DNA of 64,000 bases, from NCBI GenBank assembly GCA_012295275.1, contig CM022679.1:14384001-14448000 (forward strand), read 5' to 3'. This document shows, in pieces, positions 52,294-64,000 of the stretch. The first letter of the stretch is position 1. Every line of letters starts with the position of its first letter. The DNA is from Chrysomallon squamiferum (lineage: Eukaryota; Animalia; Mollusca). The notes under the pieces were generated by a model. That model was not told the origin of the DNA, did no database searches, and saw only the letters and a program-made list of their open reading frames with translations. The translations under genes were made by a program, and so were the position numbers.

Positions 52294-52927
52294 AAGAAAA
52301 AGAAAAAGAAGAACTACAACAACAACAACAACAACAATAAGATGAGAATAAATAAATATAAACTCATGCTGAACTACTATGTTATTCCTCCCAGTTAACC
52401 TTTTCTATAAATATCTCTCTATATACACATTTCAATAAATCATTCCATTCAACCATTTCAAAGTTACACTGACTTCGGGAGATTAGGTTGTAGCAAAAAA
52501 CAACAACAATGGGATTATGCACAAGAGGTTAAGTTAAAAGAATGTAATGTTGCTGTAGACGTATCTTGTGCATGGAATCGATCCACGAACAAACAGTTCT
52601 TGAAGCCGAGGGTTTAACTGTTTCGCATTGGCTTTACATATCGCTTAATTACTACTTCATCCCCCACCCCACTACTGCTCGTGTCTGGTATCTATGGTTA
52701 CTTATATATCACTATTTAAAAGAATGAAGCGAAAAAAATGCAGCGCTTTCAAAAAGACCGTTAGTCACACATTGCAATAATCTGCGCGTTCCCCTGCCAA
52801 GCAAATTACGTGTAATTAGGAAAATAGATGCGTGACTAAGAAACCTTTGAGTACGAGAGTCTGCGGGAAAACTTTATAATAAACCTTTCATTAGATCTCT
52901 GTAGTCTGTAAAACGTATCCAACAAGC

Positions 52928-52933
<6 letters not shown>

Positions 52934-53002
<69 letters not shown>
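52934..53002. repeat. (AG)n microsatellite
   Basis: Direct observation; similar tracts at 40083-40136, 59590-59673 and 63698-63770. Confidence 0.95.
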
Positions 53003-53003
<1 letters not shown>

Positions 53004-53150
53004 AGATATAGAGATGGAAATTAACTTATAAAATATTAATGGATGTTACTTAATAAAAATACATACATACATACCTATATATATATAATATTACATAATA
53101 TGAACAAAGATCCCTTTTCAGAATAATCTACAAATTATTTCAAAAAATTA

Positions 53151-53189
<39 letters not shown>

Positions 53190-53929
53190 TATAATTACAT
53201 GTTCTTTGCAGACTTAAAGGTCAGCACTTATTTATTATTTTCACTTACACTTCTTTTTTTTTTTTTTTTTTAATTTCCTTTTTTTAATGTCTGATCTATT
53301 TTACTTCAGTGAATGTCACGTATGAATGATGAATTGGGTTTACAACGCGTTTGCCTTTTGGGTGATTGTTACTACTTCGACATACCTGCACGTAATATGT
53401 AAGTAACAGCGGTTAGCAACAGTTGATATGGTAACAATATATTAAGGTGTGCAAAGCACCACGCCTTAACTGCAGTCAAGTTGTAACATGCTAGATAATC
53501 TTCCTGTTCAGTATTATCCTCCCCTCTGCACACATGTATGTGTGTGTACCTCACATCGGTTAATTATGAAGTATCTCTCTGAGTCGTGTGTTAAACTAAA
53601 CTTTGGAACGTAGTATCGTCAAGAGATTACAGTTATTTACTTCTAATCGTGTTTGAAATTGAATAATAACAGTAGTATAAACATACATGCACCTATATAC
53701 TGTGTCTACACATGTATTAGTATATTTATTCTAAACTGCCTACAACATTTGTACTTTAGAAGCGCCTACATACATACATACGTGCACAAATTTACATACA
53801 AATCTACATACAACCCCCACAGAAACATGTTCATGCAGATACTCTCACTTGATACACGTAAGAAAGCTAAAGACGGCAGTGCATTGCCTTAGACATATAA
53901 ATTATAAAAACTATCACAACATTATCACT

Positions 53930-54175
53930 AGTACTGAGACTACGACTACCATTGTTACTACTGCTGATACTACTGCTGCTGCTGTTACTACTACATCTAG
54001 AACTACTACCGCAACAGTCATTATTATTAATACTACAATCACAACAGCAACTACTACCACAACTACTGTTACTACTCCTCTACTACTACTATAACTACTA
54101 TTATTACTACTACTATTACTCCAACTAGGTCTAGTAGTGCTACTGTTACTAAAATCATTACCACTACTACTTCAG

Positions 54176-54224
<49 letters not shown>

Positions 54225-54242
54225 CATTTCTACCACCATTAC
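53930..54242. repeat. (ACT)n degenerate trinucleotide repeat
   Basis: Direct observation; a similar tract lies at ~58505-58930. Confidence 0.9.
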
Positions 54243-55039
54243 TAAGCCCTGATCAGAATATGTTTTCCACTCACCTGCAAATTTTACCTATACCCCAGCC
54301 ACAGGTAACATGGTATGTGTACGTCTAGAAGTGAAATTAGACTGACTGCTTTTTAACGCCCTTCTCAACGATTGTCGATGAGTGGGCTTCCTTGTCCGAC
54401 ACATTCTCCAGTTCACATTTTATATGTTCACTCCCCACCCACCCACACAACAGGTCGCCAAACTCGTTTCTGTACGCTGTATTTTTAAATTGGGCTTTTG
54501 TTAAAATATAGTTTACTTGCCCTGGGAAAGTGCGCAAAGGTAGAAAGATGACAATTATCGACGCTTTAGAGATATTGATATTAAATAACATTAAAAAAAA
54601 ATTTTTTTTTTTTTTCCATAAATCATAATAAAAATGCCGCTAGCTTTATAAACTGTTACGCTCATGGAAAGTATTTTATTTTTTTAAATGTTATATTACG
54701 TTTCGTTCGATATGTAAAATAGGGTTTAACTGTCTGTACGCAATAAACTGTACAAGGTTTTGTGTATTTACAGGTCTTTCCTCGGTATATGTTTTTACTT
54801 GCCATGCTTGTTCAAATGAAGGAAGACAAAACTCGAACTTACCTGTAGTGTAAACTATCGTACGTACTAATTAACTGTAAACATAAATCTTTAAAAAAAT
54901 AAAAAATAAATAAAATATTAGTAAAAACATTCTGTTATAATACAAGAATACGTGAAGCATAAATCATTTTTTTAAATAGTTTTTTTTTTTTTAATAAAAG
55001 CAAGTATGTATTTATTTAACACCTGATAAAGACAAGTGC

Positions 55040-55318
55040 GAATGGTGACTGCCTGGTAAATAGTGACAACCTAGTAAATGGTGACTTTCTGGTAAATAGT
55101 GACTGACTTTCAAATGGTGACTGCCTAGTCAATAGTGACTGTCTAATACGTGGTGACTGCCTAGAAAAAATGACTGCCTTTTAAATGGTGACTGTCTGGT
55201 AAATAGTGACTGCCTAATAAATGGTGACTGCCTGGTAAGTGATGACTGTCTGGTAAGTGATGACTGTCTGGTAAGTGATGACTGTCTGGTAATTGATGAC
55301 TGTCTTGTAAATGGTGAA
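55040..55318. repeat. 18-19-bp minisatellite
   Basis: GTAAATGGTGACTGCCTG-like units, about 15 copies. Confidence 0.88.
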
Positions 55319-55624
55319 AAAATGGCAAATAAACAGAACGTTTTCATATAGGCCCTCTATTACTTTACACCAATAAGAAGTTTTATTTGTTTTTTGTTTT
55401 TAATCTTTCCGATTAGGAGTAAATACCATTTCGCTGTCTGCATGGTGAATGGTGACTACATGGCTGATTAATAGAAATGATAAAGAGCCTATCACTCTCC
55501 ACCTACGAGAGTTCTTTTACACAATCAACGAAGGAATATATATATATATATCACTTTATTTTAATGTAAAATCCGTCATATTTGAACAGAGATCGACATA
55601 AGTGAATTTTAAGTAAGACGCACG

Positions 55625-55900
55625 AATGGATTTAGGATCAGACCTCCCCAGTGCATATTTGGACTATTTCCAGGAGTTTGTTTACCAAAGGCTGTGGTAT
55701 GTATTATTTTTCTGTTTGCGGGAAGGCACATATACAAAAATCTTTATTTGTTAATCGATAAGAGCAACACTGTAAGTAACACTAGCGAGTTTCATCTCTT
55801 GTGTTATCATTAAACAAAGAGCAACAACCACGACAACAAAAACACACGTTTTTCTTAAAACTGAATTTGTTGAGTTATCATAAGACAAAAATTTTATTCG
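55625..55900 (+). mobile_element. Degenerate SINE-like dispersed repeat fragment
   Basis: CAAAGGCTGTGGTATGT...GGCACATATA...TTGTTAATCGATAAG shares motifs with 13150-13260, 25390-25500 and (inverted) 48960-49080. From memory it resembles an abundant gastropod SINE core; not verified. Confidence 0.45.
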
Positions 55901-56632
55901 TTCATCCATTCGAGAACACAAAACGAATAACTGAATGAATAACTAAATAAATAAAAAATAAAATTAAAAACAAATTTAAAAATTAAAAATAACATAAACT
56001 GAAATAATAAAAGGAATCATGAACGACAAAAAATAAAAAAATAAAATAAAATAAAAATAAAAATGAAAATAAAAGTTAAAATAAAAATGAAAATAAAAAT
56101 GAAATTAAACAACAGAATAAAATATAACGAGAACACCTAACAGGCGTATTCAAATATTTTTAGAAATTCGTGGGAGTTGACATATCTTCAATCCAATCAC
56201 CTACTTTGAGTAAACGAAGCACTGAATTACACACTAGTCTGGAATGTTACCTTGGTTGCTAAGGAGATTCAACTCATTCATTGTCGTTTTTATCATCAGT
56301 TCTACATCTTATCAGTGACATCACTCAAGTGTTTCATTACAGAAAACTTCTGTTCAGTCAAAACACACAGCGAGTCAATTGTTACGACTTAATAAACTGC
56401 TACAGAAGAAGAAAAATAAAAGTTTTTCTATCAACATTTAAAATAAGATTCCCGATTTTGTTTTTCCTTCTCACTTTTCATTATTTCTTTATTTATTTTT
56501 GTCTTGTTCCTTCCCCTTTCTGGTTTTCTTCCTGTCTATATTTGTCTCACTCTCTCTGGTTTTCTATTTACCTCCGTTTTTTTTTTTTTTGCTTCATCTC
56601 TTTCGTCCTAACGCATCTAATTCTGTTTGTTT

Positions 56633-56992
<360 letters not shown>

Positions 56993-57052
56993 CAGTATGT
57001 AGGTGTATGAGTGTGTGTATATATATAATATATATGCGTGTATGAGTATGAG

Positions 57053-57090
<38 letters not shown>

Positions 57091-57372
57091 AAACATATTA
57101 AATGTTAATAATTTTTTTTCTCAAATGTTAAAATATTTGCATCTTATGGTACTAATGATGATGATGATGAATAATCGAATTTCTTTTCTATTCACATACT
57201 CACAAGTAGTTTTGCAAATATTTAACAAAAAGTTTTGCCTAAAGCTTTTTAACTGTAAATAACTTCCCTATTATCAGAACATATATAAAAATAGAACACT
57301 CAAACTATTAATGTGTGACGTAGAAGTGAAATACAATCGTGATGTCACACCCAACATGGAACAAAAGACATT

Positions 57373-57438
57373 TGACGTCACACTTTATATGTTATAGTGA
57401 TAGGTAAACAGTGCACGTCATTATTATAATAATAATAA

Positions 57439-57472
<34 letters not shown>

Positions 57473-57492
57473 AGGATGTGTATGTGACGTCA
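57373..57492. promoter_or_regulatory. Pair of full CRE sites plus half-sites
   Basis: TGACGTCA at 57373 and 57485; TGACGT/ACGTCA half-sites near 57316 and 57415. Confidence 0.4.
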
Positions 57493-57713
57493 CGTCTATG
57501 TTAATACTTGAATGGTCTTGAATGACATGTCTAGGTTAACGTAATCTACTTTTTTCCTTCTTTTTTTTTTTCTTTCTTTCTTTTTTTTTAAAAAAAAAAT
57601 TCTTATATATACACATACACAGAATTTTTATTTTATTAGATTATTTATTAATTAATTAATTTATTTATTCATTCAATCATTCATTCATTATTATAATAAT
57701 GAGGTTGTTGTTG

Positions 57714-57744
<31 letters not shown>

Positions 57745-58017
57745 AAGATGTATATATTATTAGTTTTGTTTCTCTAAGTTAGTGTTTTTCACAAATATAT
57801 GTTGTTTATAACATCTGTCTATCCATCTACCTGTTTGTTTATCTATCTGCACACATACATACTCACGTACATATATTTTACTGTTATTTCTATTGTTGTA
57901 ACAACAATTACAACTACAACGACTACAACTAATATTACTAATACTACAACTGCTATTATAACTGTTGTTGTTGCACTTGTTGTTACTGTTAGTATCACGA
58001 GAATATAAAGACTGCGG

Positions 58018-58073
58018 AATACTCGTTTGATAAAAATCAAACACAAACGTACCTGATGTTTTATTTATTTTCC

Positions 58074-58105
<32 letters not shown>

Positions 58106-58409
58106 TTACATACAGACAAGGAAGTAACTGGTTTTCCCCTATTTTGTTTAATTTTCTAAATAGAACATCTTATAAACCAGGATGTCTTACATAATAACAA
58201 CAAAAAAATAAATATATAAATAAACGAACATGTGAAGATTGCGAAATACTCCTTTGATAAAAATCACAGACAAACGTAGCTGATGTTTTTTAAAATTTTA
58301 TACCATATATGGTAATATAGATATATAGAGAGCAGGAAGGTATTTATTAATACCTGCTTTGTTTATTTTTCTGAATAGAACATCTTATCAACCAGGATGT
58401 CTTACATAA
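58018..58409. repeat. Diverged direct duplication (period ~225 bp)
   Basis: AATACTC.TTTGATAAAAATCA...ATAGAACATCTTAT.AACCAGGATGTCTTACATAA at ~58018 and ~58245. Confidence 0.85.
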
Positions 58410-59588
58410 AAAAAAAAAAAAAAAAAAAAAGAAAGATAAAAAAAAAGAGAGGTTATTTGCTCCTGAAATATTTATTACTACTATATATCCTCTTTAATTC
58501 TTCTTTTACTATTACTACTATCACTAATTTCACTTTCACTATTGTTAATAGTAATAATATATGATAGCTACTATTACTATCTTTACCACTACTAATACCA
58601 CTGCTATTATTAGTACTACTACTACTGCTGCTGCTTTTTTACAACTACCACTACTACTGCTACTGCTACTATAACCACTAGTACTGCTACTGCTATTATT
58701 GCTGCTACTACTATTACTGCTATTACTACTACTACTGCTGCTACTGCTACTAATACTATTACTATAGTGCTGCTACAACTACTACTACTACTACTACTAC
58801 TACTAACACTGTTGCTGTTGTTGCTGTTTAAGTTTTTATTATTGTTATTATTTACTATATTACTTTTACTACGTCAACTTCTTCTTCTATTACTGCTGTT
58901 ACTGTTTCTACAACAACTGTGACACCCGTCATCACTCTTCTACAACAACTACTATCTCTAACCCCACCACTCCTCTCCCTCCCTCCATTCACACCATTGA
59001 ATCATGGAAAACTCTTCGTTTCATATTTTCTCTTTCTTTCCCTTAACGCACAACTTTAAAATGTTTTTTTTTTTTGTTGTTTTGCTATTGTTGATTTTTC
59101 TTTTCTTTATAAATATACCTTTACGAAACTGATTTCACAAAACATGTCATCAAGACATATCGATTAATCAGTTTCAAATATCAATACGTTCTATAAATAT
59201 CGCTTCAAAAATAGGCTAGACGTTATTAGGTTTTTTTTTTTTTTTTTGTTGTTGTTGTTTTTTTTTCCTCACTTTTCAAAACGCTGCATATGCTGTAATA
59301 GTAATTAAAGAAAATTATTAATCTCAGGTCAAAAATAACCATATTATAATTGGGTACGGCCACATGACGCCATTTTATGATCGAAACCGATTCACGCATT
59401 AAAAATTTGTCGTTGAAATGAATAAGAAAATGTAACAACAGAAAACTGCTGATCAATAAAACCGCGTACATATTCATCTCGTAAAACACGTGGCACGAGA
59501 TCTGCCGAGAACTTCTGAACGAAAAATCATTATTCTAGAAAAGAAACAATACAATAAGTTTTTCCGAAAAAACAGAGCTTTGTTTGAC

Positions 59589-59678
<90 letters not shown>

Positions 59679-60382
59679 CTGCTTAGTGAACAATAAAGGA
59701 AACACGAATAATTTTAAATATTATATTGTATGTATGTATATATGTATGTTTGTTTGTGTGAGTGTGTGTGTGTGTGTTTGTATGTAACCGATCTTCCGAA
59801 CGTTTATTCATTCATTCATTCATTCATTTACCGATCTGTCCATTAACACCATCCATCCATTTATTTAGTATTTATTCACTCACTCATCCACTGATGAATT
59901 TCTTCATTCACTTATCCATCACATCATTCTTTCTTCTTTTTTTTTTTTTTTTTGTTTCACCATGTATAAACTATTCTTCTTTCTACTGTTACAATAAATC
60001 AAAACTATATAAACGCACCTTTATCTAACAGTTACAGAGAACTCGCACTGTGACGTGGAAAGCGATAAAAACATGTAAAAACAGTTTTTATGCGCGCACA
60101 CATCGATTACACACTGAATATTGTTTTGCAGAGGACGCCTCGTCGTAAAATAAATTTGCCACGTGTTGCTCAAACTGAGGTGTCCTAACAAATGCATATA
60201 ATCTGGCAAGAAACTCCATTTGTAAAACTGTTCTTAGCAGAAGGTCAGACGTAAACTTGACATAAATCTCTTGACACAAGCTAGTCATGTAGAACGTTAC
60301 TGATATCCAGTATGACGTAAAAAACCAAACTGTTCCAATAATTAACGTATCGAGCAACAATTAGATTTAATACGTAAAATTA

Positions 60383-60630
60383 CAGTCAGCTCTCCATTTA
60401 ACGGACTGAAAGGCGGGAAAGGTCATCCGGAAAATTAAAAAATTCGGGATTTTCCGAAGGCATGTTACAAACGGCACAAATATCAGTATTAACAGTGTAG
60501 AATAAATACACAGAACTCAATTTACTTTGAACTGACAATCTGGAATGATGCTGAGAACTAAATTTACTTTAAATTCACACTTTTTACTTAGCCTGAAGGA
60601 CAACAGATTAAGTTTGTTTTACCATTGTCA

Positions 60631-60690
<60 letters not shown>

Positions 60691-60920
60691 AAGAAAGAAT
60701 AATGTTACAGAGAATTATAAGATAAAATACACAGCTCGTGCATCATGAATGCACACGTGACCGGTCTAAACAAACAGACTCGAGGCGACATCTATCGGAC
60801 TCTTCCCTGACGTCATGACAGGTAGGAATTTCGAAAATTCGAGAAGATTTGTATGTTATCCAAGAAAGTGTCCGAATTTTCCGAAATCGGACAAACAGGG
60901 ATTCGTTAAATGGAAACTAT
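60383..60920. mobile_element. Putative degenerate MITE (Tc1/mariner-pogo type)
   Basis: Starts TA|CAGTCAGCTCTCCATTTAACGGA; right end TTCGTTAAATGGAAACT is an imperfect inverted copy; subterminal TTTTCCGAA/TCCGGA motifs at both ends; no transposase ORF. Confidence 0.5.
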
Positions 60921-62354
60921 TTCGAACATGAATTATATAGGACAATAATAAGAATAAGTACGAATAATAATGACGTAAGATCACATTATTCGCATACGAT
61001 GGAGCAATAATGAGTTTTAAAGCGAATAAATATGACAAGAGTAAAAATTATTTCTAAATCTTTTATACTAACGTAAATAGAGGCACGATTTTCTCATACT
61101 TGAAATATAAGTAAGCAAGACGCACAAAAACTAAGTTTGTATCGCTATGATACTAAATGCTAAATCATTATACTGAACAGTAATAAGGTTTACACAATAT
61201 TATTTGTTGTTTCCAATAGCTTTTGACAGACATTGCATGCTAAAACGAATTTAACTAACAATAGGCAAATTTACACAACATTAATCTTTTTGCACATATG
61301 TGATATACAAATCAATAAATAATAATAAGATTTATTTTTGTGCATAGTATCAGTAAGTATTTAATAAAAAACAAAACAGTAAATAACTCTTACCTCTGTG
61401 ATTTTCAACAAATAAATCGAAGATTTACAACTTACACGTATCTGTAAAAATCTCCTTGGATCTACGATACTAAAGTGAACACAGGTGCGTCAATAATACG
61501 AAGATTAACTTGTGGGTAAACTTAAACTCATTTTGAATCTACTGCACTGAAAATGATACGCACTGAACAATATGTAATGTACAGGTAGCACTCGAATCTT
61601 TTCAAAGTTACGGTGCTTATCGTAAATACACACTACTAAAAGGAATTAGCGAACAATGATACAAATGTATTTGTGTTTGTTCTATTCATTAACTTGCATG
61701 CAATACCAACCTTTTTTGACATTTGTGATATATATAATGGTGAGATTTAGTTTTGTGAGTCGTCGTCAACAGTATGGTATTTCCTAAAATTACAAACATG
61801 TAATAGTAAAGATATTGTACATGCGTAAAATGAACTGAATATATTTCTATCTGTCTATCTTTAATTAGCAACAGCAAAAACAACAAAAATATCAGCAACA
61901 AGAACAACAATGATAATGAGGATGATAACGATAATGTTCATTTTAATAATAATAATAATAACAATAAAAAAAAAAAAAAAAAAAAAAAATAAAATAATAA
62001 TAATAAATAATAACAAAAGTAGTAGTAGTAGCAGTAGTAGTGGTAGTAGTAATAGTAGTAAAGGTAATAATAATAAAAAATCATGATGACAGAACAATAA
62101 TTATGATTACGATGCTGCTGCTGCTGTTGATGATGACAGTAGCAGTAGCAGTAGTAGTGAATCTGTTTACACAATTTCGGCTCTATCCTGTTAAGCTGTG
62201 ATTCTAAGTGAAATGTCGACGTCTCTTCCTTCCCGGATTTAAAATTTTTAATCTGAGCTTTACAGCGTGTTTCCTTAACCAGAGGTTGCGTACCCCGGGG
62301 TTAGTGAATCACTGACAACCGTACATAGGTGTGTGCGTGTGTGTGTGGCGTGCA

Positions 62355-62523
62355 TATATATATATAAATATATACACATACATATATATATATATATATA
62401 CACACACATACACATACATACATCCATACATAACATACATACATAAATACATACATACATACATACATACATACATACATACATACATACATACATACAT
62501 ACATACATACATACATACATACA

Positions 62524-62555
<32 letters not shown>

Positions 62556-62560
62556 CACAC
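62355..62560. repeat. (TA)n/(TACA)n microsatellite
   Basis: Direct observation. Confidence 0.95.
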
Positions 62561-63694
62561 AAAAATACATATAATGTAAAAGTCTACCAAATGCGACTAA
62601 TTCACCGGTTACAGAAAATTATAAACATATGGAAATTATATAAAAAATTGTTTTTTTTATTCTTTATTTTTATTTTTATTATTTTTATTTTTTATTATTT
62701 TTTTTTTATATATTGCGGCGCCAGCAAAATGCAAAAAATACGCATATATTAATGCATAATAGCGTCCTACTGAAAGATGTAATTGTCAAGTTTTATTTAT
62801 GAGAAATAAATATTACATCCATTTAGAACTGTTTTCAGTCATCAATGGCATTATGCACAAAGCAGTGAGGTATGAATCAACTACAGCGTCATCTGTACCA
62901 AATTAATTCTACTAACGAAAACCTTGTACGCAAATTTGTATGTGTGTGTGTGTAAATGTGTGTGTATGTCTATTTATATCGATATTTGTATGTATTAGTT
63001 CGTGTCTAAACGCAAGCAGTTTTTAACACTAAGGTTTCATTTATCATGCACACAAGACGCTTGCATATTTAGGTTACCAATCGATCATGGTTATGCAGTA
63101 CATAAAGAACAAGTGCTGGTCTAGTCAGGTGTAAAAATACTGGTTATGTATCGTAATTAGTGTTAAAGACTGAATAACAATAAACGGCAATACTAGGTAG
63201 CCTCAAAAACGTATATAAATAAAATATTGTAAATATTATGATTAACTGAATGGTATGTATAAATGACTTGTGTTTGTGGCAAATATTTATATATGCACAT
63301 TCACATACACCATTATTTTACACAACTGTTTATAGATCGTCAAGACTAAAAAAAAGTGGATCGTAACACAATCAATCAAAATTGCTGATTACTGCACATA
63401 CATTACACCCACACGACGCACGTTGCAGCAGTTACGTTTATTTAAATGCTTCAATATATACTTGACATTTGATTTGAAGTGACACACCTAACAATACTGC
63501 GTTTGTCAACTACATGCTCTGCAGTGTGTACTTTGTCAGATGTTTTATTTACGACATCGGCACCGCCCGTCTGTTCCTACGCTGCAGCTTTGTTAGTCAG
63601 TGGTTTCAAGGAAGACAAATGTTGTCTGTACTGTGTGATCTGAGTCACCAGCAGGCTGTAAGTCGATCAAGTGAGCTCTCGGAAAATTTCTCTC

Positions 63695-63772
<78 letters not shown>

Positions 63773-64000
63773 TTTATATGTTATAGACAAGCACGCGAGC
63801 GCGTACGCACGCACACACACACACACACACATAAAAAACCTCATTAACATAGAAAGCCGTCCTGTACCTTACGACACTAAACAGAAAACAATACATAGAA
63901 CTGATTTACAGTGCGGGGAAACATTCTGGCCTTGACATATAGAAACAACGTCTTTCTAAAAAACCCAAAAAAAAAAAAAAAAAACTAACACAAACATAAA

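Overview
AT-rich, microsatellite-dense eukaryotic (invertebrate, probably molluscan; this is inference) genomic DNA with no prokaryotic features. (1) 1-26.5 kb is a three-tier repeat. A 42/40-bp minisatellite forms short arrays separated by a conserved ~550-bp purine-rich spacer; the spacers alternate in two variants; and the whole block occurs twice with matching flanks (segmental duplication or uncollapsed haplotype). (2) 29,000-48,451 on the minus strand is a complete multi-exon Na+/Ca2+ exchanger gene (NCX/SLC8/Calx family). I reconstructed 10 core coding exons with GT-AG boundaries and consistent phases (2502 nt, 833 aa), including alpha-1/alpha-2 repeats and two Calx-beta domains. Its first coding intron holds several candidate frame-preserving phase-1 cassette exons or microexons (18, 150, 78 x2, 9 nt). 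Several exon boundaries are themselves tandemly multiplied, e.g. 13 copies of one splice donor. (3) 48.5-64 kb is upstream non-coding sequence that looks richer in CpG, with six perfect CRE palindromes, a MITE-like element, SINE-like fragments and simple repeats. Nearly all ORFs in the supplied track are repeat artefacts.
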